From: Deinococcales bacterium
GTDB taxonomy: Bacteria > Deinococcota > Deinococci > Deinococcales > JAAFIG01
Length of the DNA: 35,838 nt
NCBI GenBank assembly: GCA_043778225.1
Contig: JAYWGM010000026.1
Coordinates: 1 to 35,838 of the forward strand
Direction of reading: 5' to 3'
Shown here piece after piece: positions 9,469 to 18,837 of this stretch. The stretch's first letter is position 1. Every line of letters starts with the position of its first letter. The notes beneath the pieces were generated by a model, which saw only the letters and a program-made list of their open reading frames with translations, was not told the origin of the DNA and searched no databases. The position numbers and the translations under genes were made by a program.

Positions 9469-10338
9469 TTAATCTCTGTCTACAACCGTTAATTCAGAAA
9501 TATCGCTCAAGTTTTTTCTGTAACCGCGTGGGCTTAACCCAACCCGATGCTTGAAGCGCCGACTAAAATTAAGGGCATCTTCAAAGCCTACCAATTCGGC
9601 TATTTCATGAATTTTTGAACGGGTTGTTTCTAACAGGTACTTGGCTTGGTCTAAGCGCATAAATTCGAGGTATTCATAGGGCGGTTGCCCGATTTCACTG
9701 CTGAACAAATGGTACAAGCGCGAAGCTGATAATTGACTGATTTTTGCCAGTTCTGGTAATGAAAATTTCTTTTGCAGATTGCCGCGTAAATGCTCGAGAA
9801 CGGCGGTAATTCGTGGGTCTATGTTGTTGCTGGTTGCTTCAAAGTTGTACTCGTCGTACATCAACAAGGCTTTCTCAAGGGCGTTTAGGGCAAAAACTTC
9901 GCGTTTCGGGGTGATACTGCGGGCTAAACGATTCATTTCTTTGAGTTGAATTTCGATTTTTCGTGCCACTTGCTTATTGGTTATTTGCATCAGCATTAAG
10001 CCGGGTGCAATTTCAGTCCAATTGAGTAACTCGAGCCAGCCCGGTCGTGGTCGAAAATGTGTCCAGATGATGTCCCAAGACTCGAGGCTCGGTTCAACCC
10101 CGTAATCGTGCAGTGTACCTGGTCGAAACAGCACCGCATCGCCAGCTTTTACAATGATTTCTCCGCCTTCAAAACCAATTCTGCCTTTTCCTGCGACCGT
10201 GTGTTTTAACAGCCAATCGTTTGTGCCGTGCTGTCGCCAAGCTGAGTAACCACGGCGTTTAATGTGATGACATGGGGCTATTTGACTAAACGGAAAAAAG
10301 GGTGGGTGAGCCGATTCGGCGGGTAAAGAATTCGTCAT
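9469..10338 (-). CDS. AraC-family transcriptional regulator (paralog of 2011-2970, no repeat insertion)
   Basis: DWLLKHTVAGKGR...LFRPGTLHDYG...WTHFRPR, plus C-terminal SASRLYHLF...LVGFEDALNFSRRFKHRVGLSPRGYR. Confidence 0.95.
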   Translation of the reverse strand: MTNSLPAESAHPPFFPFSQIAPCHHIKRRGYSAWRQHGTNDWLLKHTVAGKGRIGFEGGEIIVKAGDAVLFRPGTLHDYGVEPSLESWDIIWTHFRPRPGWLELLNWTEIAPGLMLMQITNKQVARKIEIQLKEMNRLARSITPKREVFALNALEKALLMYDEYNFEATSNNIDPRITAVLEHLRGNLQKKFSLPELAKISQLSASRLYHLFSSEIGQPPYEYLEFMRLDQAKYLLETTRSKIHEIAELVGFEDALNFSRRFKHRVGLSPRGYRKNLSDISELTVVDRD

Positions 10339-10402
10339 AGGATTATTCTACATATTTTTGACAAATCAAGCCATTTTAATACGGGCTGTGGCAGCTTAAA
10401 CT
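10339..10402. promoter_or_regulatory. divergent AraC control region: two 21-bp-phased half-sites, operon -10 TAAACT (10397-10402), regulator -10 TAGAAT (minus 10345-10350)
   Basis: AGGA-N8-CAT followed by GACA-N8-CAT at 21-bp period. Spacing to the -10 is identical to the region at 1947-2010. Confidence 0.65.
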
Positions 10403-10664
10403 CTGGCATCAGAATTTAGTTTCGCTGTTTGAGCCGCTAAGGACAGCCTCGAGTCACATCAACGAGGTGGCTTTAGATGTTTTTAGCTCGAGAAACAAAC
10501 CCGATAGATTTTCCGTTTTTGTTGTAGAAAAGCTGCTTGATGCTTGGAGGAAACCATGAAGAATCGCTTTGGAGTTCAATTGGTTTTTAGGATGTGATTT
10601 GATATGTAAAAAACTTGGCAGCGGCATAGTTTCTAAAAGCGAGTTCGTGTAATGGAGGAGAGAT

Positions 10665-11987
10665 ATGAATAATCAAAAAGCTCGAGGTACATCAAAAGCA
10701 CGTAAATTCTGGATGGCAAGTGCAACATTGCTAACGTTGGGTACAGCCGTTTGGGTTGCTGGGCAAGTACAAGCCCAAAATGCCCCGATTACCTTGGTCT
10801 ACTGGACACACGGCGCGGGTCGTCCGGCTGGCGCAGAGTTATACATGAAAGCCAATCCTAATGTCAAAATCGAGATTGTTAATCAAGTACCTGGTTCGAT
10901 TAACGAAAAAGTTCGTTTAGCACGTCGGGCGGGTTCGGGTATACCAGATGTTATTTTTGGTACAGCCGCCGAAACCCCAGAGTTTGTGCGTAAAGGTTTT
11001 GCCGCCGACATCACCCCATATGTTCCAAAAACAATTCTAAAAGATTTTGCACCGCGTACCCTACAACCACTGACGATTGGCGGAAAACTGTACGGAATGC
11101 CAAACGATACAGGTTCGACTGGTCTTTGGTACAACCAAAAACTACTGACCGAACTGAAAATGAAATTACCAACCAGCATCGAAGACCTTGTGGTATTCAG
11201 TAAAGAACTCAAAGCCAAACATCCGGGTTACTTTATCAATACCTCGTTCTTATATTCGCAGTACGGTCCAAATATCTTTGCGGCAACTGGTGAGCGTTGG
11301 CTGCGCCGAATGAACGACAAAACCTACGACATTAAAATTAATACAGCACGCTCCAAAGAGGTCATGGAAAAATTAGTTTCGATTGTTCGTGATGGCGCTG
11401 GCTATCCACAAAATCCGTTTACACCGGGGGCAACCAAGCTCGTATCCGAAGGCAAAATGGTCTTGGTGCTGTTGCCAACTTGGTATGGTCCTTATGTTTT
11501 GCAACTTAACGAAGGCGCAAAACAACCGGGGCAATGGGCTTTTTCTGGAACAATGCGGCTTCGTAATTCCGAACCCTCGAGAGCCGGCATTTGGGATGGT
11601 GGTGTCTACCAAGTCACAACCACCAAACCAGAATTGGTCAAAGCTGCCGCCGAATTTATTACTTTTGTGACCACCAGCCGCGAGTATTACGCGGGTCGTG
11701 AAGCGGTTGTACCACCGTACAAACCACTCTGGAAAGGTACACCAACCGTGGCTGCCTTCAAGAATGATGATTACTATGCTCGCCCGTTATCGCCCGAGTA
11801 CATTAAAGGGGTTCAACTGGGTGCTTCTTGGGAATTTGGACCGAATGACATCTTTATTCAAAATTATGCCGATACCAATTTCCCTGATATGTTCTCGGGT
11901 AAAGTATCAGTGGCTGATGGTATGGATGCGTTCCAAAAAGCCGTCGAAGAGGATTTTGTAAAGCAGGGCTTTGCGATTAAGAAATAA
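10665..11987 (+). CDS. oligosaccharide ABC transporter substrate-binding protein (CUT1)
   Basis: GGAGGAG RBS. Signal peptide ending VQA-Q. ITLVYW, NPNVKIEIV, IPDVIF and GKLYGMPND...LWYNQKLL motifs. Confidence 0.9.
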   Translation: MNNQKARGTSKARKFWMASATLLTLGTAVWVAGQVQAQNAPITLVYWTHGAGRPAGAELYMKANPNVKIEIVNQVPGSINEKVRLARRAGSGIPDVIFGTAAETPEFVRKGFAADITPYVPKTILKDFAPRTLQPLTIGGKLYGMPNDTGSTGLWYNQKLLTELKMKLPTSIEDLVVFSKELKAKHPGYFINTSFLYSQYGPNIFAATGERWLRRMNDKTYDIKINTARSKEVMEKLVSIVRDGAGYPQNPFTPGATKLVSEGKMVLVLLPTWYGPYVLQLNEGAKQPGQWAFSGTMRLRNSEPSRAGIWDGGVYQVTTTKPELVKAAAEFITFVTTSREYYAGREAVVPPYKPLWKGTPTVAAFKNDDYYARPLSPEYIKGVQLGASWEFGPNDIFIQNYADTNFPDMFSGKVSVADGMDAFQKAVEEDFVKQGFAIKK

Positions 11988-12002
11988 ACCCTTGCTCGAG
12001 AC

Positions 12003-12041
12003 AATAACGAGTGCATTCTAAGTTTGAATGCACTCGTTATT
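12003..12041 (+). terminator. perfect 16-bp stem-loop after the binding-protein gene
   Basis: AATAACGAGTGCATTC-N7-GAATGCACTCGTTATT. Confidence 0.75.
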
Positions 12042-12053
12042 AAAGGAAATTTT

Positions 12054-12980
12054 ATGATAATCAGGCAACCAAAAAAAAGAATAAAATCAAATTTGGCTGG
12101 AATTCTATTTGCACTACCGTATCTTATTTTCTTGTTTGGATTTATGATTTTTCCTGTTTTGTACACCTTTTACACCAGCTTATTTAGCGATGCACAGGGC
12201 AATCCATTTGTCGGTTTGAAAAATTACGCCGAAGTTCTGAGCGATAAGAATTTCCAAAAAGCCGTGAAGATTATTGTTGGTTATATCGTGGTTGGTGTTC
12301 CGATGTTTTTGGTCTTAGCCATTTCTTTGGCACTGCTGATAGATTCTCCGTTTGGGCGCTTAAAAAATGTTTCTAAATTCTTGTTTTTCTTGCCTTTTGC
12401 CATGCCACCCGCCGTTTCTACTTTTATGTGGGCATTTGTTTATACCCCAGAAGTCAGTCCGTATCAGGGTGTGTTTGGATTATTCCCATTTATCAAGGAT
12501 TACCAATTTTTCTTATCGCGTAACGAAATTCTTGATTTGCCATTTATGACAATAGAAAACCTAACTTTTTCGATCGTCAACATTATCTGTTGGCAAAATG
12601 CAGGGGGTTGGATTTTAGTCCTCAGTTCGGTGTTACAAAATGCCTCTCGAGAAGTGGTGGATGCCGCCCGAATAGATGGCGCGAACGAATGGGACGTTAT
12701 TCGCTACATTAAAATTCCACTTTTATCGGATACACTTGTGGTGATGGGGGTCAGCACTTTTGCTTACATTTCGCAATTGGTGGCTGAACCAATCATGCTG
12801 ACCGCCAGTTTACAACTCAGTAAATACTACACCCCCAATTATTGGGCTTCGACTCAAGCATTTTCTTCTGGAAATTTTAATTTATCGGCGGCAGCTTCTA
12901 ACATCATGATTTTAGTGGTGATTTTGGCTTCGGCTGGCGCGTTGTTCTTTTCAAGATCATTAGAAAGGCAGCGTGATTAA
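12054..12980 (+). CDS. carbohydrate ABC permease (MalF/UgpA-like)
   Basis: FVGLKNY motif and EAA loop EVVDAARIDGANEW. Start at ATG 12054 after AAGGA. Confidence 0.9.
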   Translation: MIIRQPKKRIKSNLAGILFALPYLIFLFGFMIFPVLYTFYTSLFSDAQGNPFVGLKNYAEVLSDKNFQKAVKIIVGYIVVGVPMFLVLAISLALLIDSPFGRLKNVSKFLFFLPFAMPPAVSTFMWAFVYTPEVSPYQGVFGLFPFIKDYQFFLSRNEILDLPFMTIENLTFSIVNIICWQNAGGWILVLSSVLQNASREVVDAARIDGANEWDVIRYIKIPLLSDTLVVMGVSTFAYISQLVAEPIMLTASLQLSKYYTPNYWASTQAFSSGNFNLSAAASNIMILVVILASAGALFFSRSLERQRD

Positions 12981-13919
12981 ATGAGATCAATAAATGCCCA
13001 TCAAGCCTCGAACATCGGTAAGAACAAGACACAGCGTTTACTAGCCGATTTTCCAATCACTTTTGTTTTACTTGGTTACTCGCTTTATTTTATTATTCCG
13101 ATTTTATGGATGGTGATTGCCGCCACAAAATCGCCTGATGCCTTAACCCAGAATCCTTTGGGTTTAGCGGGCGAATTTCGTTTGCTCGAGAACATTCAAC
13201 ATATTTTTGCGATTGGCAGTGGGCAGTATGCCAAGTGGTTACTGAACAGCCTGATGTACACCGTTTCGATTACCTTCCTTGCCACGGTCATTGCGGCAAC
13301 AGCAGGCTATGCCTTGGCGATTTATCCGTTTACAGGCGCAAATTGGATTGTTGGTATTACGGTTGTGGCAATGCTTGTGCCTTCAACAGCCACAGCTTTG
13401 CCGTTATTTTATGCCTTTAGTGCAGTCGGCACAGCCATTCCTCAGTTATCCATTTTGAATACACCACTGGCATTTATTTTGCCAGCCTCGCTTAATCCAT
13501 TCGGGGTGTACTTAATTTACTTGTATTTCAAAAAGCAATTTCCGCACGAATTACTCGAGGCTGCCCGTATGGATGGGGCTGGGCATCTGACCGTATTTTT
13601 ACGAATTGCGCTGCCGAGCATGGCTGGTTTACTGGCAACCGTTGGCATTTTAACCTTTGTTAGTTCGTGGAATAATTTTTTCTTACCGTGGCTGATGGTT
13701 TCCAATCAGGATTTACAACCTGTACCAATTGGTTTGGCAACTTGGGCTGCCAGTCAATCGAGTTTGGTGGTCGGTGGCTCGACGGGTGGCGACCAGTTTA
13801 TTACTTTAGCCGATTTAATTACAGGTGGCGCATTAGCGGTTGTGCCTGTGGCGATTGTATTTACCTTACTGCGTCGATATTGGGTTCAAGGCTTTCTTGA
13901 AGGTGGAGTGAAAGGTTAA
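12981..13919 (+). CDS. carbohydrate ABC permease (MalG-like)
   Basis: LLNSL, ELLEAARMDGAG, SWNNFFLP and C-terminal GGVKG. Confidence 0.92.
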   Translation: MRSINAHQASNIGKNKTQRLLADFPITFVLLGYSLYFIIPILWMVIAATKSPDALTQNPLGLAGEFRLLENIQHIFAIGSGQYAKWLLNSLMYTVSITFLATVIAATAGYALAIYPFTGANWIVGITVVAMLVPSTATALPLFYAFSAVGTAIPQLSILNTPLAFILPASLNPFGVYLIYLYFKKQFPHELLEAARMDGAGHLTVFLRIALPSMAGLLATVGILTFVSSWNNFFLPWLMVSNQDLQPVPIGLATWAASQSSLVVGGSTGGDQFITLADLITGGALAVVPVAIVFTLLRRYWVQGFLEGGVKG

Positions 13920-13921
13920 AA

Positions 13922-15220
13922 ATGAAAATTACCAATATAACGACTCGAGATATTCGTTTTCCGACTTCCAAGCACTTAGATGGTTCGGATGCCATGAACC
14001 TAGACCCTGATTACAGTGCAGCCTATGTGATACTGCACACTGACTCGAGTTTAACGGGACATGGACTAACCTTTACCATTGGACGCGGTAACGAGATTGT
14101 GGTGGCGGCAATGCAGGCGCTTAAACCACTGATTGTTGGGCATACGCTCGAGGAATTTACGGCTGACATGGGCAAGTTTTATCGGCACATGACCTCAGAT
14201 TCGCAGCTTCGTTGGGTTGGTCCCGAAAAAGGTGTGATGCACCTTGCCACAGCCGCGATCATCAACGCTGTTTGGGATTTGTGGGCGAAACTCGAGGGTA
14301 AACCACTTTGGAAATTACTGGCAGACATGACCCCTACCGAATTGGTGCGTTGTATAGATTTTCGTTACATCACCGATGCTCTAAGCCCATCAGAAGCGCT
14401 CGAGATTTTAACTAAACTCGAGCCAACCAAAGCAGTCAGAACCACGCAGATGCTTGAGCAGGGTTTTCCGGCTTATACCACTGGCGCGGGTTGGCTTGGC
14501 TATTCGGACGATAAAGTAAAGTTCTTATGTCGTGAGGCTCTGGCGGATGGTTTTAAGCACATTAAAATTAAAGTCGGGAGTAATCTCGAGGCGGATATTC
14601 GCCGCGCTGCGCTTATCCGCGAGGAAATCGGTTGGGATAATTTTTTGATGGTGGATGCCAACCAAGTTTGGGATGTGCAGGAAGCGATAGATTGGATGCA
14701 GCACTTGGCGGTCTTTAAGCCGCTCTGGATTGAAGAACCGACCAGCCCTGATGATATTCTGGGTCATGCGACCATTGCCAAGGCGATGCAGCCTTACGGA
14801 ATTGGCGTGGCGACTGGCGAAATGGGTCAGAACCGAGTTTTATTTAAGCAATTGCTGCAAGCCAAGGCGATTGCTTTTTGCCAAATAGATGCAACTCGAG
14901 TCGGTGGAGTCAACGAAAACTTAGCGGTGCTGCTGATGTGCGCTAAGTTTGGCATTCCAGTCTGTCCGCACGCGGGTGGTGTTGGCTTATGCGAGTACGT
15001 GCAGCACCTAAGTATTTTTGATTACATTGCTGTTTCGGGTTCACTCGAGAACCGTGTGATTGAATTTGCCGACCATTTGCACGAGCATTTTGTTGACCCT
15101 TGCATCGTTAAAAACGGGCATTATCTTGTGCCAAGTGCATCTGGATACAGTGCTGAAATAAAAAGCGCCTCGCTCGAGGAGTTTGAATTTCCAACAGGTA
15201 AGGCTTGGAAAGTTGTATGA
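13922..15220 (+). CDS. fucD: L-fuconate dehydratase (enolase superfamily, rTS-beta/ENOSF1-like)
   Basis: DIRFPTS..LDGSDAMN.DPDYSAAYV, SDSQLRWVGPEKGVMHLATAA, KIKVG, MVDANQVW, WIEEPTSPDD, ATGE and VCPHAGGVGLCEYVQH are diagnostic of this family. Confidence 0.92.
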   Translation: MKITNITTRDIRFPTSKHLDGSDAMNLDPDYSAAYVILHTDSSLTGHGLTFTIGRGNEIVVAAMQALKPLIVGHTLEEFTADMGKFYRHMTSDSQLRWVGPEKGVMHLATAAIINAVWDLWAKLEGKPLWKLLADMTPTELVRCIDFRYITDALSPSEALEILTKLEPTKAVRTTQMLEQGFPAYTTGAGWLGYSDDKVKFLCREALADGFKHIKIKVGSNLEADIRRAALIREEIGWDNFLMVDANQVWDVQEAIDWMQHLAVFKPLWIEEPTSPDDILGHATIAKAMQPYGIGVATGEMGQNRVLFKQLLQAKAIAFCQIDATRVGGVNENLAVLLMCAKFGIPVCPHAGGVGLCEYVQHLSIFDYIAVSGSLENRVIEFADHLHEHFVDPCIVKNGHYLVPSASGYSAEIKSASLEEFEFPTGKAWKVV

Positions 15221-18200
15221 CACAGCCATTTGGTCGTCCAAATAAACTCGGGACTCGAGCCGAATTGCTGGCGCTTTTTCAAAATCCAAGTCTGGATTTC
15301 GCAGCAATTTCGTTTTTCTTCTGGAATGGCGAGGCTATCACCAAGGAACGCCTTTCTTGGCAACTCGAGCAACTAAGTTCAAAAGGTGTTGGTGGCACGA
15401 TTGTTAGTTATATTCACCAAGCCAATTTGGACATTGATAACAGCGACCCGCCCGTATTTTCTGCCATGTGGTGGGAATTATTTGTCTGGTTTATCGCAGA
15501 ATCCAAACGGCTTGGTATGAAAGTTGGCATTCAGGATTACTGCATTGTCAACCCGATTCTCGAGCAATTAGCCGTGGATTTCCCCGAGTTGCGCGGCGCA
15601 TCGCTCGAAAAAATCCATCTCGAGGCAACTGGGGCTGGTGCGGTTAAACTCGAGCTTCCCGAGACGGCGGTGCTGGTTTCGATTCGGGCTTTTCCTCGAG
15701 TTGAGGCTGGGCTGGATTCGGGGACTTCGCTGGATTTGCAATCTTTGGTGCATGAATCAAAACTCGAGTGGACTGCGCCGAACGGTTTATGGACTGTGGT
15801 GGCTGTCTACGCCTCGCCAAAAGGTTTTAGTCCGCTCCACCCAACTTCGGGCGCTCGAGCCATTGAACGGCTTTACACGCCATTTGAAACGCATTGTGCC
15901 AACGAAATCGGACAGACATTAGCCGTTTTTTTTCAGGATGAACTTGATTTTGGCAATCGAATGCCGCGTTGGTCGCCCGAAGTTCTAGCAGAATTCAAGC
16001 AACGCAAAGGTTACGACCTCGAGCCTGAACTGGCAGCGCTGTGGTTTGATTTAGGCGCACGCACCAGTAAAATCCGCATTGATTATGCCGATGTGATTAC
16101 GCAACTCACCGAAGACCATTATTTCAAACCAGTCTTTACCTGGCACGAACAACACGGGACTTTATTTGGACACGATAACCTCGGGCGTGGCGATATTACC
16201 GAGAGCCTGAGCGCTTACGGCGATGCGATGCGTACCATGCGTTGGTATTCTGCGCCCGGCAGCGACGACCCGCATCTCGAGGGTAAACGGCGTTTTATGG
16301 GTTTTAAGGTCAACAGTTCAATCGCTCATTTGTACGAACGACCCCGAGTTTGGAACGAAGGCTTTTACGGCAGTGGTTGGGGAGTCACACCCGCCCAGTT
16401 ATTAGCCGCCCTGAACGAAGATTTCGCCTATGGTGTGACACTTTTTAATCCTCATGCGGTTTACTACACCACGCTGGGTGGATGGTGGGAATGGGCACCA
16501 CCCGATTTTCATTTCCGTCAACCGTACTGGAATATGACCGCGCCATTCTGGACGTACATCACCCGAATAAGTGCGGTTCTCTCGAGCGGGCATCATCGTT
16601 GTGATGTGGCGATTTTGTACCCCAGTACCGACCTCGAAGCAGGATTCACTGATGCTGTTGCCTGCGCCGAAGAACTTGGGCGGAATCTTTTTGACACTGG
16701 GCTGGATTTTGATTTTCTGGACTTTGAATCCTTGGCTCGAGCCACCATCGAAAACTCGAGTCTTAACGTGTCTAACGAACAATACCGTGTGCTGATTTTC
16801 CCAAATGTTCAGGCGGTGCGCTTCTCGACTTTAGAGCAAGCACTAAGTTTCAAACGCGCTGGTGGCATTGTTCTGGCACTAGGTTGTATTCCAACTTGCA
16901 CCGACCGTCTTGGTAGTCACGACCCAGAAATGCAGGCGATACTCGAGGAGTTGTTTGCTGGTTTTACACCTACTATAGACACGGTTATCAGCACCATTAA
17001 CGCCAATCTCGAGCGAGATTTTATTCCCGACCAAGCCAATGTATGCGTTTTACATCGGGTGATTGGGCAACAAGATTTGTACTTTGTGTTGAATAAAAGT
17101 TCGGAACAAAAAGCCGTTGCGCCGTTGTTTCGCAATCTTGGACAAGCCGAAATTTGGGATGCGTGGACAGGCACAACCCAGACTGCTCGAGGTTGCAGCC
17201 AAGAAAGCAATTATCAACGTGTTCCTTTGATGCTCGAGCCTCATGCTGCCCAAGTGGTTGTTTTTGATCGCACCCAAGTTGCTGTGCAATTGCAGGCAAC
17301 TCGAGAAACCATTGTCAATCGGCTTAGATTAAATCAAGATTGGGCATTTGAACTTGTGCCTTTACTCGATAATCGCCACGGTGATTTCAGACAACCAGCC
17401 AGTTTTGAACCACTGAAACCCGAATTGCGTCATTTCAAATGCTTAGAAGCCTTGCCCGAAGAAGACTGGTCAGCCGCAACTGTCAACGATGCAGCTTGGC
17501 AAGAGATTCTGGCAGATTACGGCACGCATTTCTGGCAGTTAGAACCCGTCCCAGAAAACACCAATCTCGAGTCCTTAGAGCAAATCTTGCTCAGTCTCGA
17601 GCAAATTAATCCGCAAGAAAAACTTGAATGGAATGGGTTGTCGTTGGGCTGGAAAGAATACGCGTACTCGGAGCGTTTTGGCATTGAACACGACCCATTA
17701 CTTTCGCATTGGCTCACAGGTCCGCATGGCTTAAAAGGACAAGTGCCAGACGAATACCTCGATGTGACCCAAGGCGAGCCAAGCACTGCCCAAAACGGTT
17801 ATGTGTACCTCTGGACAACTTTTGAAAACACAAAACCAATGTATTTGAATGCCAAAAGCCGAGCCTCATATTGCCTTTGGTTAAATGGTCAGGTTGTTCT
17901 CGAGCAACCACATAGTTTGGGCGCAGCCCATTACGCCCCTTGGGACATTCCAATTTACGACGCACCAACACTAAAAACACAGGTTGCAAATGCCCAACAT
18001 AAGGTTTTACTGCGCTTAAAACTCGAGCCTATTCAGCGCACTCGAGCCAGTTTAAGCATTCAAGCCATACCAAACCCAGAATCTCGAGGACTGGAATTGG
18101 TTGCCAATGGTTTTAATCATCGTCCAAATCAAAATAAGCAAATTACATGGTTGCGTTGCCTGACACCACCCGGTACGAATAATTTGCAAATTCATGTGCG

Positions 18201-18762
18201 CGGCACACTAAACGCTTGGCTTGACGGGAAAGCCCTTGAAACAGTCAGCACCAGCATCAACACCGATGGCTCGAGAAGCATTGAACTGAAAACCAATATG
18301 CCCCCCGAACAAGCCTCGGTGCTTGCCTTACGCATCCAAGCCGACGCTGGACATTATGGTGGCAGTGTCCTGACCCGACCCATTACTTTCGATTGTCATG
18401 CTAAAACCGTACCACTTGGCGCTTGGGCAGATTTTAGCTTAAACACCTACTCGGGCGGGGCAAAATACCAGCAAATCATCAACCTCGAGCCACTCAAAAC
18501 AGGTCAAAGACTCGAGTTGCACCTTGGGGAAGTGATTGCGGCTGCCGAAATTATGGTCAATGGAATCAGTGCAGGTATTTTACTGACCGCACCTTGGAGC
18601 ATAGACATCAGCGACCATGTACAGGCTGGTCAGAACACCCTCGAGATTGTGGTTGCCAACACCATTGCCAACGAATTTTCGGATGCACCTTCGCCTTATG
18701 TTAATCCCGCACAGACCAAATCTGGATTATTCGGACCTGTAGAGTTGGTCTGGCTCGAGTGA
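15217..18762 (+). CDS. large glycoside hydrolase, GH106 (alpha-L-rhamnosidase)-like, with C-terminal beta-sandwich domains
   Basis: FFFWNG, FQDELDF, EFKQRKGYDL, SSIAHLYERPRVWNE, HAVYYT...WWEWAPP and C-terminal LHLGEV...VNG...APWSIDI...GQNTLEIVVANT...SGLFGPV. Start at ATG 15217 (ATGA overlap with fucD). Specificity is uncertain. Confidence 0.72.
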   Translation: MTQPFGRPNKLGTRAELLALFQNPSLDFAAISFFFWNGEAITKERLSWQLEQLSSKGVGGTIVSYIHQANLDIDNSDPPVFSAMWWELFVWFIAESKRLGMKVGIQDYCIVNPILEQLAVDFPELRGASLEKIHLEATGAGAVKLELPETAVLVSIRAFPRVEAGLDSGTSLDLQSLVHESKLEWTAPNGLWTVVAVYASPKGFSPLHPTSGARAIERLYTPFETHCANEIGQTLAVFFQDELDFGNRMPRWSPEVLAEFKQRKGYDLEPELAALWFDLGARTSKIRIDYADVITQLTEDHYFKPVFTWHEQHGTLFGHDNLGRGDITESLSAYGDAMRTMRWYSAPGSDDPHLEGKRRFMGFKVNSSIAHLYERPRVWNEGFYGSGWGVTPAQLLAALNEDFAYGVTLFNPHAVYYTTLGGWWEWAPPDFHFRQPYWNMTAPFWTYITRISAVLSSGHHRCDVAILYPSTDLEAGFTDAVACAEELGRNLFDTGLDFDFLDFESLARATIENSSLNVSNEQYRVLIFPNVQAVRFSTLEQALSFKRAGGIVLALGCIPTCTDRLGSHDPEMQAILEELFAGFTPTIDTVISTINANLERDFIPDQANVCVLHRVIGQQDLYFVLNKSSEQKAVAPLFRNLGQAEIWDAWTGTTQTARGCSQESNYQRVPLMLEPHAAQVVVFDRTQVAVQLQATRETIVNRLRLNQDWAFELVPLLDNRHGDFRQPASFEPLKPELRHFKCLEALPEEDWSAATVNDAAWQEILADYGTHFWQLEPVPENTNLESLEQILLSLEQINPQEKLEWNGLSLGWKEYAYSERFGIEHDPLLSHWLTGPHGLKGQVPDEYLDVTQGEPSTAQNGYVYLWTTFENTKPMYLNAKSRASYCLWLNGQVVLEQPHSLGAAHYAPWDIPIYDAPTLKTQVANAQHKVLLRLKLEPIQRTRASLSIQAIPNPESRGLELVANGFNHRPNQNKQITWLRCLTPPGTNNLQIHVRGTLNAWLDGKALETVSTSINTDGSRSIELKTNMPPEQASVLALRIQADAGHYGGSVLTRPITFDCHAKTVPLGAWADFSLNTYSGGAKYQQIINLEPLKTGQRLELHLGEVIAAAEIMVNGISAGILLTAPWSIDISDHVQAGQNTLEIVVANTIANEFSDAPSPYVNPAQTKSGLFGPVELVWLE

Positions 18763-18791
18763 ATACCAAATTAAGGTATTGTTATGCTTGC

Positions 18792-18816
18792 GGGACAAGG
18801 CAAACTGCCTTGTCCC
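18792..18816. terminator. intrinsic terminator between convergent operons
   Basis: GGGACAAGGCA-aac-TGCCTTGTCCC followed by ATTTT. Confidence 0.8.
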
Positions 18817-18837
18817 ATTTTCTAAAACTCGAGCCAA

